Positions 28,950-38,913 of a stretch of 64,000 nt of DNA are shown one piece after another. Both the position numbers and the translations under genes were made by a program. Source of the stretch: a virus. Lineage: Duplodnaviria; Caudoviricetes. The stretch covers positions 17,738-81,737 of IMG/VR virus record IMGVR_UViG_3300044738_000005; one strand, 5' to 3'. The notes under the pieces are model-generated. The model saw only the letters and a list, made by a program, of their open reading frames with translations. It was not told the DNA's origin and made no database searches. How positions within the stretch are numbered: position 1 is the stretch's first letter; each line of letters opens with the position of its first letter.

Positions 28950-29623
28950 GACTGGAAGGCCTCCACGACGCGCTTGCGGAACTCGTACAAGTCGCAGTTG
29001 TTGTAGACGCGTTGGTCGATGTAATCCTCAGGCAAGCCGTGCTCGGACACGTGGGCATCTGCCGGCAACTCCCCCAGGCGCGCGTCCGCGTCGATGTGCC
29101 AGTTCTCGCCGCCGAGCGCACGGATGCGCTGGGCCTCGTTCTCGAAGCGGACATCGGTGATGACCACTACGTCGGCGTCAGGGAACCGCTGCTCCAAGGC
29201 GTAGGCGTTCATCGGGTGCGGTGCTCCTGCAGGCCGAGCAAGCGTGCCGCCGTCCAACGCAGGCTTGGGCAGCAGCGCGTCGATCCAGAAGGAATCGCCG
29301 AACACGTCGCGGTGCGCCTCGGTGCCGTACCGCTGCAGGAACGCGCGGCCGCTGATGTGGATGCCGCGCCGGGTCCCGGCCGCTGCGGGCCGATCATAGG
29401 CGGTGTCCACGCAGCCGGTGTCCTTGATCATGTTGCAGAGTTCCACGGCATCCTCGACCGTCTTGGGGTCGTAGCCGAGAGCGCGAGCGGCCGACAGCTT
29501 GAGCTTGTCGGCGAAGGCCACACGCTGTGCGACCTTCTCCTGCGCCTGCGCGGCGTTACGGATCACGTCGAACGCCGTGTCCTTACCGCTGCCTGCGCGT
29601 CCGTTGAGTCCAATGAGTCGCAT
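28946..29623 (-). CDS. Deoxynucleoside monophosphate kinase
   Basis: IGLNGRAGSGKDT; AFADKLK; R.FLQRYGTE..R; VVITDVRFENE; H.SE. Confidence 0.9.
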   Translation of the reverse strand: MRLIGLNGRAGSGKDTAFDVIRNAAQAQEKVAQRVAFADKLKLSAARALGYDPKTVEDAVELCNMIKDTGCVDTAYDRPAAAGTRRGIHISGRAFLQRYGTEAHRDVFGDSFWIDALLPKPALDGGTLARPAGAPHPMNAYALEQRFPDADVVVITDVRFENEAQRIRALGGENWHIDADARLGELPADAHVSEHGLPEDYIDQRVYNNCDLYEFRKRVVEAFQS

Positions 29624-29637
29624 ATGGGGGTCCTTTC

Positions 29638-30255
29638 CTAGCGGGTGAGTTCGCGGTGCCGCGACGTGAACATGCTCGCCGCGCGGATGGGCGGCAGTCC
29701 TCCGCACCAGTAGCTCGGGGTGACGATGCGCTTGGGCTGGTTACCCAGGCCCCAAGTATCAGCACCCTGATCGCCCTTGAACCAGTGTAGGCCCTTGGAC
29801 GGGAGCAGATGCCGAGCCTCCACGAAGAGCGCGAAGTTGTCGGCGTCCTTGATCTCGGAGAAGTGGAACGTCGGCGTCCGCACGTCGTACTCGTGGAGCT
29901 TCAGCCCGTCCACGATGGCGGTGTCCATGCGGTTCGTCAGTCGCTCGTAGGCCTTGCCGAGCAGAGGCTTCATCGGGCGAGGGATGTCGCCCAGGTAGGC
30001 CTCCGCGTCGTCGTGGTGGAGCCCAGCCAACTGCAGCCAGCGCGGGAAGCCCTTGGCTTCCAGGCGGCGGCTGACGAACACCGCATGCTCGGCCACGCTG
30101 TAGAAGGTGCGACAGTGGCCGCCGTAGCGGCACGTCTGCGACAGCGCGTGAGCGATGTCCTGCAGGTTGATCGTGCCCGGGTCGGGCCGCTCCGTGTTGA
30201 CGTAGAGCCCGGAGTAGGTCTCGACCTCGTGCGCGGTGGGGATGTGCTCAGTCAT
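29638..30255 (-). CDS. HD-domain 5'-deoxynucleotidase (YfbR-like)
   Basis: IAHALS..CRYGGH...YSVAEH; LHHDDAEAYLGDI.RP.K. Confidence 0.85.
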   Translation of the reverse strand: MTEHIPTAHEVETYSGLYVNTERPDPGTINLQDIAHALSQTCRYGGHCRTFYSVAEHAVFVSRRLEAKGFPRWLQLAGLHHDDAEAYLGDIPRPMKPLLGKAYERLTNRMDTAIVDGLKLHEYDVRTPTFHFSEIKDADNFALFVEARHLLPSKGLHWFKGDQGADTWGLGNQPKRIVTPSYWCGGLPPIRAASMFTSRHRELTR

Positions 30256-30466
30256 CGTCACTCCTGTTCGGGCAGAGGGCCTCGCCGTCCGGGTAGGGAC
30301 ACCGCGCATGCCGACCGCACACGCATCGCTGGGGTTCCTCGGCCGCCGCCCGGGACTCCCATCCCCGCCTGGCGGTCGCAGAGAGGGAGCCCCAGGTCGG
30401 CACCGGGATGTCGTAGCCGAGCATTTCATCCCGGTGCCATTCGTAGAGCTTCTGGCCGGGCGTCAT
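30248..30466 (-). CDS. Small Cys-containing hypothetical protein
   Basis: 72 aa; CVCGRH..CPY...LC. Confidence 0.45.
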   Translation of the reverse strand: MTPGQKLYEWHRDEMLGYDIPVPTWGSLSATARRGWESRAAAEEPQRCVCGRHARCPYPDGEALCPNRSDDD

Positions 30467-31668
30467 CAGAAGTCCGCTCCACCGACGCCGGGGGCCTCGG
30501 GATCGTCGCCGCCGCCCGTGTTGAGGCGGTAGCGGAAGCCGGTCGAGCCATTGCCCGTGTGCACGGACGCCATGCGGACGATCTTCTCGCTCTCCACGAG
30601 GTCCTTGAGGGTCTTGCGCAGCGTGTGCTCCTTCTCGTTGGTGAGCAGGATCAAGTCGCCGACCGTCAACGGCTCGTCGGACTTGGCAAGCTCCGTGAGG
30701 ATGCCCTGCTCGATGGCGTCGAGCGGGACGTGCTTGTACCACCACGCGCCGTGCTGCCAGGACATGCGGACGGGCAGGATCGCGTGGCCGCCGCCGTAGC
30801 GGACCTTCGACCACGACAACTCGCGGAAGTCGCCGCCCTTGGCGACCTCGAAGTTCTCCATCGTGGCCACGACGCCTTCGAGCACGGTCGAGCCGCGCCC
30901 GGCCGACATCTTCTCGCCGTCCTCTCCCGCCCCGGACTTGCGCTCGTGGTGGGTGAGGATCACGCCGCAGTCGTAGTCGGTGGCGATACCCGACAGGGCG
31001 TCGGCGACGTTGGCCATGTCGGTCGCGGAGTTCTCTTCGCCGCGCCAGAGGCCACGGAAGGGCTCCACGAACACGATGTCGGGCTCGTGCTTCTCGATGC
31101 CGGAGCGTACGAGGGATAGCAAGCTCTCGTCGTCCAGCTTCAGGCCGGAGTAGCCGCCGTCGCCCCAGATCAGGAGGTTCTGCTCCACGAGGAAGCGGTC
31201 CTCTTCGGTGAGGTAGCCCTCGGCGTTGAGCATGATGCCGACCTGGCGGTGGAACATGCCCGGCGCGCCCTCGTTCTCGATGATCAGGGTCTTGAGCGGC
31301 TTGCCGTCCGGCGGCGCGAGGATCGGGGTGCCGTCCGCCGTGAAGAGGCCCTCGAACATCGGGCGGCCGCAGGCCCACTTCATCATGCGGTTGAGGTTCA
31401 TCTGCGTCTTGCCCTTGCCCGCGCGGCCGATGGTGCAGGCGATGCCGCCGCGCACCACGAGCGCAGGCTCGACCAGCACCGGCGGCACGGGAATCTCGGT
31501 GGCCAGGTACTCGGCCAGCGTGGAGATCGGCGCGTCAAGCTGCTCGGGCGTGACCTCCTGAGCCGCTAGCAGGTTCACGCGCTTGATCAGGCCAGCGCGT
31601 GCCGCCGGATCGTCCTCGGCGGCAAGCAGGGCCGCGAAGTCCTTGAGGGTCTGGGTACGATCAGCCAC
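30466..31668 (-). CDS. AAA_25/RepA-like replicative helicase
   Basis: GRAGKGKT Walker A; IIENEG; IVFVEP Walker B variant; ILTHHERK; GRGS. Confidence 0.85.
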   Translation of the reverse strand: MADRTQTLKDFAALLAAEDDPAARAGLIKRVNLLAAQEVTPEQLDAPISTLAEYLATEIPVPPVLVEPALVVRGGIACTIGRAGKGKTQMNLNRMMKWACGRPMFEGLFTADGTPILAPPDGKPLKTLIIENEGAPGMFHRQVGIMLNAEGYLTEEDRFLVEQNLLIWGDGGYSGLKLDDESLLSLVRSGIEKHEPDIVFVEPFRGLWRGEENSATDMANVADALSGIATDYDCGVILTHHERKSGAGEDGEKMSAGRGSTVLEGVVATMENFEVAKGGDFRELSWSKVRYGGGHAILPVRMSWQHGAWWYKHVPLDAIEQGILTELAKSDEPLTVGDLILLTNEKEHTLRKTLKDLVESEKIVRMASVHTGNGSTGFRYRLNTGGGDDPEAPGVGGADF

Positions 31669-32056
31669 GCCGGATCACCCTCCACTTCATGCGGTCTGCG
31701 GGGATGCGGCCGTGGTTCCAGTTGGTCGGCGTCACAGCGCAGCCGTCGTCCCACTCGGACTGCCAGTAGGAGTCGGGGTCGCTGTCGTCGGAGTAGGCCT
31801 CGACGGGCACGAAGAACAGCGGCTCGACGGTCATCGGGTGGCCATAGTCGGCTTCGTTCGTGAACCAGTAGACGACCCACGCGAGCACGGGGCACTCGAA
31901 GGTGCCGGGGTCGCTGGGGAACTTGACCTCGGCGACGTACCGCTCGCCGTTGGCGAGAGGGAGAAGCTCCTGGCGGAACTCTTCAGGCTGCTGGGTCTCG
32001 GCGTCCACGTTGACGTGAACGTTCACCGGAAGGTCGATGGAGCCTGTGACAGCCAT
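31661..32056 (-). CDS. Hypothetical protein
   Basis: 131-aa coupled ORF. Confidence 0.5.
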   Translation of the reverse strand: MAVTGSIDLPVNVHVNVDAETQQPEEFRQELLPLANGERYVAEVKFPSDPGTFECPVLAWVVYWFTNEADYGHPMTVEPLFFVPVEAYSDDSDPDSYWQSEWDDGCAVTPTNWNHGRIPADRMKWRVIRRG

Positions 32057-32514
32057 CAGCGCCTCCCCTCTTCGCGGCGGATGAAGTCCTCGACGGTGGC
32101 CGGGTCAAGCTTGACCACGTTCTTGACGTGCTGGATGCGCTTCGTCTTGCCGATGACCCGGCGACGGCTCTTCGTGCGAGGCCTGCGGCCCCACTCATGG
32201 CGCTCGTGGTCGATGTTGTCGGACCACGGCACGCTCGCCTTGGGGTCGTCCTCGTACACCCAGGTCACGTCGCCGGTCGAGTGGACGGGCTCCAAGATCA
32301 ACTGGTAGCCCTCGGCGTCGCGCTGCTCGCAGTCCTCCGTGCGGCCGTAGCTGCCGGGCTTCTCGCGGAAGAAGCGGATGCGGTCGATCTTGGCCACGCA
32401 GAGCGCGGCCGACCGGCCCCAGGTGGTGCCCCAGGCAACGAAGTCGCCCTCGGCAATCGGGAAGCCCAGGAGGTCCGTCACGGGAGCCTGCGGGTCGTAG
32501 TTCAGGTTGGGCAT
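32056..32514 (-). CDS. Hypothetical protein
   Basis: GGAGG RBS; D.LG.PI..GD.VAW SH3-like start. Confidence 0.55.
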   Translation of the reverse strand: MPNLNYDPQAPVTDLLGFPIAEGDFVAWGTTWGRSAALCVAKIDRIRFFREKPGSYGRTEDCEQRDAEGYQLILEPVHSTGDVTWVYEDDPKASVPWSDNIDHERHEWGRRPRTKSRRRVIGKTKRIQHVKNVVKLDPATVEDFIRREEGRR

Positions 32515-32518
32515 GTCA

Positions 32519-33496
32519 TTACCTCCGGGCGATGGGACAGTCAGGGTGAGCGTAGGGCGCGAACAACGGGTCGTCACATCCGGTGGACGTGAACTGGCCG
32601 CGCTCGGCGTTGAAGTAGATGCGGCGAAGCTCGGACTCCGAGATCGGGTCAGGGCTCGCGTCGTTGACGAGGGCCATCATCTGCAGCGCCTCGTCGGAGT
32701 CGTACATGGAGCAATTGGCGAACTGCTTGGCCAGGCAGAAGTAGACCACCGCGCGATGGCCTTCGACCACGGGGTTGCTATCGCGGTTCTCGATGACGTG
32801 CTCGGCGCACATGTGCAGGTAGGGCTGCTCGCCGTGCGGCAGGCCCTCGCGGCGGCCCTCTCGCTCGTCCGGCGACGGGATGCCCAGCCATCGGGCGCGC
32901 TTGCGCCAGTCGTCGGCGTCGTTGAGGGTCTCTTCGGCCTGACTGACGAAGGCCGCCAGGTCAAGCGGGTAGTCGAGGTTGGTCTTGCCGTGCCAGTTCT
33001 CGTAGATCAGTCGCTCGTCGCCGAAGTAGGGCAGGTTGATGTAGTTCCCGAACATGCCCGCGCGGAGGCGGTCCTGCTTGGGGAACACTTCGACCTTGGG
33101 GAGCCCGATGGCAGCCGTGGCCTCGCGCAGGATGCCGCGCGGGACCCAGGCCTCGATGCCGTCCGGGTCGCCGAAGAACACCCACACGTGCGCGTTGCCG
33201 CTGCGCGACTTCTCGACCCAGGCCTTGCCGGGTAGCAGGCCCGCCATCGTGTCGGCGGCCTCGAAGTCCGGCATGTCGAGGTCGATGGCCGCGAAGTGCA
33301 CGCGGCCGTCGTCCTTGAGCGGAGCGATGCCGAGGCCGGGTCCACGGCCCGCCAGATGCTCGGCGTAGTGGCCGAACGTGACGGGCTCGTGGACCCAGGA
33401 ACCCTTGCCCGTCCCGTAGGAGCGGTCGAGGCCCTTGAACAGCGCCGCGAAGCGCGCCGTGTGCGGGTTCGTGAAGGGGGCGATGTGGTCGCCCAT
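32519..33496 (-). CDS. Archaeo-eukaryotic-type primase (TOTE/Prim-Pol-like) with PriCT-like C-terminus
   Basis: AAIDLD; EKSRSGNAHVWVFF; EVFPKQ; GNYINLP; C-terminal EGHR...F..A and N....P....EL..I. Confidence 0.82.
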   Translation of the reverse strand: MGDHIAPFTNPHTARFAALFKGLDRSYGTGKGSWVHEPVTFGHYAEHLAGRGPGLGIAPLKDDGRVHFAAIDLDMPDFEAADTMAGLLPGKAWVEKSRSGNAHVWVFFGDPDGIEAWVPRGILREATAAIGLPKVEVFPKQDRLRAGMFGNYINLPYFGDERLIYENWHGKTNLDYPLDLAAFVSQAEETLNDADDWRKRARWLGIPSPDEREGRREGLPHGEQPYLHMCAEHVIENRDSNPVVEGHRAVVYFCLAKQFANCSMYDSDEALQMMALVNDASPDPISESELRRIYFNAERGQFTSTGCDDPLFAPYAHPDCPIARR

Positions 33497-33660
33497 CAGA
33501 CCACGGCCTCGTAGAGGTACCCAGCGTCCACGCCGAGGGCCAGCGCGGCCGAGAGGATGACGACGATGGAGAAGGTTGGAACCTCGTCGCGCAACTGCGG
33601 CGCGGCCGACAGAACGAAGCCCGCGTAGAAGGCGAGTACGCCGAAGATCACGGAGGTCAT
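33496..33660 (-). CDS. Small two-TM membrane protein
   Basis: Read by eye: MTSVIFGVLAFYAGFVLSAAA...SIVVILSAALALGV. Confidence 0.5.
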   Translation of the reverse strand: MTSVIFGVLAFYAGFVLSAAPQLRDEVPTFSIVVILSAALALGVDAGYLYEAVV

Positions 33661-34142
33661 GCTTCCAGCACCCGCTTGCGGAGCGCCTGCAGGAGGGGGT
33701 TCGTGCGCGTCGGGTAGATGTCGTCCTCGTGGTTCTCGTAGAGGAACTGGATCACGTTGAGGCAGTAGTCCTTGGGCATGCGGGAGATCAGCAGGACGTT
33801 GCCTTCGCGGTCCACCCAGAGCGCGCCCTGGCGCGTCACCCAGTCCTGCCAGCCGCCGCTGCGATAGACACGGCGCTGGATGATGGGGTCGGCCGTGATC
33901 GTGTTGGCGGTGATAGTCGCCGTCTGGATGCGGGCGAAGTCCACGGACCCGAAGTCGCTGATGCCCCGCCTCGGCGGGAAGTAGGCCGCCGACTCGTTCA
34001 TCATGCGCTTGACGGTCGGCAGGTCGATTTCGACCGTATGACGCTGGATTGCTGGACGCAGCGCAGGCGTCACATCGAGGCGCGTTCCGCCGTTGGTCAG
34101 GAGAAGCTGGGCCGGGTAGCCGAAGATGTGGGTGGGGGTCAT
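33657..34142 (-). CDS. Hypothetical protein
   Basis: GAAAGGA RBS before ATG 34142. Confidence 0.55.
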   Translation of the reverse strand: MTPTHIFGYPAQLLLTNGGTRLDVTPALRPAIQRHTVEIDLPTVKRMMNESAAYFPPRRGISDFGSVDFARIQTATITANTITADPIIQRRVYRSGGWQDWVTRQGALWVDREGNVLLISRMPKDYCLNVIQFLYENHEDDIYPTRTNPLLQALRKRVLEA

Positions 34143-34168
34143 GGGGGTCCTTTCGTAGATGATGGGAT

Positions 34169-34197
34169 GGGAGGGAGGGCTTGTGGCCCTCCCTCCC
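34169..34197 (-). promoter_or_regulatory. 12-bp perfect hairpin upstream of an RBS
   Basis: GGGAGGGAGGGC-ttgtg-GCCCTCCCTCCC. Confidence 0.6.
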
Positions 34198-34227
34198 GGC
34201 TTCCGCCTTCGTGGGCGGAAGGACCGA

Positions 34228-35037
34228 TCAGACGGCCGCGCCGCCAGCCGCGTCCGGGGCCTCCCCGGCGGGCTTGTCGTCCACGTCGCCCGTGACACGG
34301 ACGTTCGTGTTCGACCGGAGCACGGTGGCCAGACGGACGGCCTCCGCGCGCTCTTCCGGCGTGCTCTTGCGTCCCTGCTTGACGTTGAGGACGTAGTAGC
34401 GGTCGCCGGAGGCGTTCTGCTCCTGCGAAGTCGTGAGCGTGAACACGGAGTCCCAGAACTTGCCGCGCATGACGGCATCGAGGATCGTGTTCCACTTCTT
34501 CACGACGGCGTTGGCGTGCTTGTTCGTCTGGCGCACCGAGAGGCGCACCGGAACGTCCGAGCCGACGACGAAGCCGGTGTAGTTCGCCGTGGTCTGGATG
34601 GGCGGGCCGGAGCCCCACTCCTGCTGCCCGGCGTTGACGCGCTCGCTGTACTTCTCCTGCGCGTCGGGGTGCTCGGAGAACGGCTCGCCGAAGTGCGGGT
34701 CCTGGGGCCACGGGCAGATCGGGCCATCGGCCACGAGCGTACGTGAGTCGCGGTCCTTCTTGTCGGCGGGCTTGAAGCGGCCCTTGGACTTCCCGGCGAC
34801 GATGAACTCGATCTCGTCACCGAAGGACTCACCGGTCAGGGCGAGCACGAAGTCGCCCGGCGAAGCGAGGCCATCCGAGACCTCCTGCGTGAGCGGCTGC
34901 GCAACCTTCAGCAGCGGGATGGTGAACTCGTCGGGGTTGGCCTCGGCCTGGTTGGCCTGGATCAGCGCCTCTTCCTCGGGGGAAAGAGCGGCGACCTCTG
35001 CCTCGTCGCGCGTGGCGACCTCGGTGTTCTTGGTCAT
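34228..35037 (-). CDS. Putative ssDNA-binding/replication accessory protein
   Basis: IPLLKVAQ...EV...G.F N-terminus and acidic tail; located in the replication cluster; function inferred. Confidence 0.45.
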   Translation of the reverse strand: MTKNTEVATRDEAEVAALSPEEEALIQANQAEANPDEFTIPLLKVAQPLTQEVSDGLASPGDFVLALTGESFGDEIEFIVAGKSKGRFKPADKKDRDSRTLVADGPICPWPQDPHFGEPFSEHPDAQEKYSERVNAGQQEWGSGPPIQTTANYTGFVVGSDVPVRLSVRQTNKHANAVVKKWNTILDAVMRGKFWDSVFTLTTSQEQNASGDRYYVLNVKQGRKSTPEERAEAVRLATVLRSNTNVRVTGDVDDKPAGEAPDAAGGAAV

Positions 35038-35073
35038 AGGGGGTACCTCCTGTTGGTGATTCCGATACCAGAG

Positions 35074-35082
35074 ACTATAGCA
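35074..35082 (-). promoter_or_regulatory. Extended -10 promoter TGcTATAGT
   Basis: Reverse complement of ACTATAGCA upstream of the 35037 start. Confidence 0.6.
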
Positions 35083-35122
35083 GCCTCGGAGTCTCGGGTG
35101 GTGGTCAAGTGCTTGTCAGGTC

Positions 35123-35539
35123 CTAGTAGCCGAGCGCCTTGACGGCCTCGGCGATGCCACAGAACAGCGGCGTGGGCAGGTTCTCGGGGTCGAACCACTC
35201 CCACGGCCCCTGCTTGTCAGGCTCGGTGTTGCGCGGCGTCTGCCTCTTCGCGTTGCACGAGTAGTAGACCGTGACGAAGTGCACCCCGTGATCGCGGTAC
35301 ACGTCGTAGGTCCACGTGTCGAGCTTCTCAAGGTCATAGGCGACCAGGCCGGTCTCTTCGTATAGCTCGCGGACGGCCGTGTAGCCGGGGTCCTCGCCTG
35401 GGTCCGGCTTGCCGCCGGGCAGGCCCCACTCGCCCTTGCCGTGCTTGTCGGCCAGGCGCTCGCAGAGCAGCACGTCGCCGTCCTCGTTGAACACGAAGAT
35501 GCCGACGCCGATGTTGACTCGTTCCTCTAGTGATGCCAT
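35123..35539 (-). CDS. Nudix hydrolase (MutT/NUDT15-like)
   Basis: Nudix box GGKPDPGEDPGYTAVRELYEETGL; EP.K...WEWF. Confidence 0.92.
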   Translation of the reverse strand: MASLEERVNIGVGIFVFNEDGDVLLCERLADKHGKGEWGLPGGKPDPGEDPGYTAVRELYEETGLVAYDLEKLDTWTYDVYRDHGVHFVTVYYSCNAKRQTPRNTEPDKQGPWEWFDPENLPTPLFCGIAEAVKALGY

Positions 35540-35553
35540 GGGGGCTCCCTTCG

Positions 35554-36006
35554 TCAGATGCCTGAGATCGACACGAACTTACGCTCATGGTAGTCGATCC
35601 CGTCCGGCAGGTCGTTGCCCTGCTCAAGCTCGTTACGCACGAACTCGTTGAGGCGGCGGTCGCTGATCTTCGGCTCGGTCATTTCATCGACCATGGCCCG
35701 TTCCTCGAACACATCGAGGGCCTGGTTGCGGTCGAGAACGCGGCCGTAGATCGTGGACTTCTTCTGGAACGAGATCGTCCCAAGCTCGCCGCCGAAGTTG
35801 AAAGTGATGCGACCCTTCTGCCCGCTCTCTTCCAGCATGGCGATGATCTCGGCCTCGGTCTGGCGGTACTGCCGCTCGGCGGCCTTCTTGGCCAGGTCGG
35901 CCTGGTCGCGGGCGCGGCGGTCCTCCGCCAACTGGCGCAGCTTGTTCTTGAGCGGGTCGGCCGCGTTGTCCTCTGGTGCGTCGAAGTCGTCCTCGTGATC
36001 TGTCAT
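35554..36006 (-). CDS. Hypothetical phage protein
   Basis: AAAGGAG RBS; coiled-coil then beta region. Confidence 0.6.
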   Translation of the reverse strand: MTDHEDDFDAPEDNAADPLKNKLRQLAEDRRARDQADLAKKAAERQYRQTEAEIIAMLEESGQKGRITFNFGGELGTISFQKKSTIYGRVLDRNQALDVFEERAMVDEMTEPKISDRRLNEFVRNELEQGNDLPDGIDYHERKFVSISGI

Positions 36007-37928
36007 GCGGGCTCCTTTCGCTCGCGCTCGGTGGTCTCTACGTGGTCCTGCTGGATGACCTCGGACACGATCATCTTCTTGACCGCGTTGGTCGGCGACA
36101 CCTTGGACGTGTCCACGGTGTCCTCGGCCTCGATGATCAGGATGGTGACGCGGTTCTCCTGGCCGTTGCGCCAGAGCCGGTCCTCGGCCTGCTCGTTGCG
36201 GGCCGGGGTCCAGTGGCGCTCCAAGAAGATCGCCGTGTCGGCGGCCGTGAGCGTCAGGCCCTCGCCCATCGCCTCGATGGTGCCCACCAGCACGTCGATC
36301 TCGCCCGCCTGGAAGGCGTCCTCTAGCTTCGTGCGCTCGTCAGAGGCCACGTCGCCGTAGAAGGCCTTGGCCGTCAGGCCCTTCTTGGTCAGCCGCTCCA
36401 CGAGCACGTCACACGTGCCGACGAAGGCGGAGTAGACGATGAACTGCTTGGGCTGCGCGTCGAGGATGATCTCGGCGGCCGCGTCGAGCTTGGCGGAGTT
36501 GTCGTCCGCCCCAAGCAGCGCAGGCGTCGAAGCGATCTGCCGCTGGCGTACCGTCCGGGTCGCGCCGTTGGGCAGGTTGACGACGGCGACGCCGCGAGCG
36601 GCCGCTTCCGCGAAGGCCTTGGCCTCCTTGTCGCCCTCCTTGATCGCCTGCTCGACTTCCAGCCACATCTTCTTCTCGGCCTCGTCGTAGAGCTTGCGCT
36701 GCTTGGGTCCCAGCTTGACCGGGATGATCTCGCGGACCTTCGGCGGCAGGTTGAGCTTGTCGCCCTTCGTCCGGCGGATCAGCCGCTTGGCGAGCAGGGT
36801 ACGCAGTTCGTCCGGGTGCTTGACGCCCGTGACGATCTTGTTGTTGTTGTAGCCCTCGTAGTGGTCCACGTACCGCTTGAAGAACGGCCAGTAGGCCAGC
36901 TTGGGCGTGCCGTCCTTGATGACGACGCCCTTCTTGATCGTCGGGCGGATCGACGTGCCGAACTCTTCCGGGTACAGCCAGTGGAGCACCGGCCAGAGTT
37001 CGTCCGGGGAGTTCATCAGCGGCGTGCCGGAGAGCGCCTGCTTCATCGGCATGTGCTTCACGTCCACGTCCTCAGGCTTGTCTGGGCCGGGCGCGATCTT
37101 CCAGAGCCCGCGCGTCTGCAGCGACTTGCGCGACTTGCAGCGGTGAACCTCGTCGGCGATCACGGCCACCCAGGGCGTGGTCTCGAACAGCGGTTCCTTC
37201 ATCACGTCGCGCTGTGCGGTGCGAGTCTCCTTGCGGGTCTTGCCGTTCGGGAGCGTGGTGATGTGCTCCTTCTCGTACTCTTCGACCTTGACCCTGATCT
37301 GCTCGTAATTGACGATGACCCAGCCGTCGCGCTTGATGATCTCTTCGATCTGCGCGTGGCGCTTGGCCGGAGTCGGGGCGTCGATGATCTTCAGCGGGGT
37401 GTCCTCGCCGAGCCACTTGCGAAGCTCGCGTGCCCAGACGCCCTTGACGGAGTTCGGGCAGATCACGAGCTTAGGACCTTCAGGCAGGTCACCGTTGATC
37501 CGGGCCTCCGCGATGGCGGAGATCGCCTGGAAGGACTTGCCCAGGCCCATGTCGTCGGCGAGGATCAGCCGCTTGTGCTCGGCCGCCCACGCCACGTAGG
37601 CGCGCTGGAAGTCGTAGAGCGTGTCGGCCCAGGGAACGCGCACGTCCGCGTCGTTCGGAATGGGCGTGATCAACTCCGCCTGCTTCTCGGCCTTGGCCTT
37701 GCGAATCCAGGCGGTGACCTCGGCGTTGGCGTTCGGCCGCACGGACAGCATGACCTTCTCGGCCTGCTGCGGGTCGGCCGGGAACACCCAGGCCTTCTTG
37801 TCGCCGTCGTAGCTGCGGCCGGAGAGCGAGCGCGCGATGGAGAGGCCGCGCTGGAAGTCCGGGCCGGGCATGCCCGACAGGGATAGTTCCAGCATGGTCT
37901 TGTCCTCGTTGAACTTGAGGGAAGGCAT
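36003..37928 (-). CDS. SNF2-family (SF2) helicase
   Basis: ILADDMGLGKS; IADEVH; LSGTP..N; GEGLTLTAA; WTPA.NEQAEDR..R.GQ. Confidence 0.93.
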   Translation of the reverse strand: MPSLKFNEDKTMLELSLSGMPGPDFQRGLSIARSLSGRSYDGDKKAWVFPADPQQAEKVMLSVRPNANAEVTAWIRKAKAEKQAELITPIPNDADVRVPWADTLYDFQRAYVAWAAEHKRLILADDMGLGKSFQAISAIAEARINGDLPEGPKLVICPNSVKGVWARELRKWLGEDTPLKIIDAPTPAKRHAQIEEIIKRDGWVIVNYEQIRVKVEEYEKEHITTLPNGKTRKETRTAQRDVMKEPLFETTPWVAVIADEVHRCKSRKSLQTRGLWKIAPGPDKPEDVDVKHMPMKQALSGTPLMNSPDELWPVLHWLYPEEFGTSIRPTIKKGVVIKDGTPKLAYWPFFKRYVDHYEGYNNNKIVTGVKHPDELRTLLAKRLIRRTKGDKLNLPPKVREIIPVKLGPKQRKLYDEAEKKMWLEVEQAIKEGDKEAKAFAEAAARGVAVVNLPNGATRTVRQRQIASTPALLGADDNSAKLDAAAEIILDAQPKQFIVYSAFVGTCDVLVERLTKKGLTAKAFYGDVASDERTKLEDAFQAGEIDVLVGTIEAMGEGLTLTAADTAIFLERHWTPARNEQAEDRLWRNGQENRVTILIIEAEDTVDTSKVSPTNAVKKMIVSEVIQQDHVETTERERKEPA

Positions 37929-38329
37929 CAGCGGTAGTCCTCCGTGTTGAGGATGGTGTCGATGTTCACGGGACGGTAGTTCGGCCCCTTCAGGACCTTG
38001 CCATCGTCGCGGTAGACGGGCTTGCCGTCGTCGCCGAGCTTGGACATGTTCGACTCGTGGACGCGCGAGAACGCCAGGTCGAGGTCGATGCCGAACTCGT
38101 GCGCGCAGCCGTAGGCGACGTAGAGCAGGTCGGATAGCTCCTTGGCGAGAGCGTGGATGTCGCCTCCGCCTCGGTGGAGCAGCTTCAGTTCCTCGTCGGC
38201 CTCGCCCCACTCTTCACCGAGAAGCTCCCGGCGGAGCCGGATGCGGTCGTTGGGCGGGACCTCAGGGCTCCCCAGAACGGGGAGCCCGAAGGCCTCATGG
38301 AACTGCTTGACGGCTTCCTGCGGCGTCAT
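37928..38329 (-). CDS. MazG-like/all-alpha NTP pyrophosphohydrolase
   Basis: V..FH.AFG; EE..E; KELSDLLYV.YG; VH.SNMSK...DGK..YR.DGKVLKGPNY. Confidence 0.88.
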   Translation of the reverse strand: MTPQEAVKQFHEAFGLPVLGSPEVPPNDRIRLRRELLGEEWGEADEELKLLHRGGGDIHALAKELSDLLYVAYGCAHEFGIDLDLAFSRVHESNMSKLGDDGKPVYRDDGKVLKGPNYRPVNIDTILNTEDYR

Positions 38330-38913
38330 AGAATGCGCGGCGGACGCTTCCTGTCGGCCGCCAGGCCTGCGATCAGGGCGACGAGCAGCCACTTGAACAG
38401 CGAGCCGACCGTGCCCCAGACGAGCGCGAGGATGCCCACGAGAGTCTGACCGGGGAACCAGCCGTCGCCCGCTATCAGCACGATCCCGGCAGCGATGAAC
38501 AGGAAGGCCCAGGGGAGTCGCATGTCAGTCCCCCGCGATGGTGGAGAGCGCGCCAACGATCAGCGCGAACGCCGACAGGACAGCGATGATCACGACGCAG
38601 ACCAGCGAGAGGGCCTGGACGATCTCGGCGAACTTGCCGAAGCCATCACCCTCAGGGGCCTTGGTAGCGAGGTCGGTGGACACGAGGTAGGCGACGAGTG
38701 GGGCGAAGAACTCGCTCACGAGAAGAACCCCCCACCGATGCGGTCGAAGCTGCGCTTGACCTTGGACGCGACGTACACGGTCCAGAGGACCTGCGCGAGG
38801 ATCAGCACGCCGCCGAGCACGGTCAGGACGAGCCCGACCTTGTTCTCGCCGTCGAACCACGACACGCCGTTGAGCAGGAACACGAGTCCTGGGATCAGCA
38901 GTAGGAGGCCCAT
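38326..38913 (-). other. Three tandem small membrane-protein ORFs (38326-38523, 38525-38719, 38716-38913)
   Basis: Each has 1-2 hydrophobic segments; coupled starts. Confidence 0.55.

Noticed and set aside
26488-38329. 2-aminoadenine (Z) genome system suggested by PolA, HD and MazG-like genes
   Set aside because: No PurZ-like gene in the window; the HD and MazG-like proteins look like common phage families
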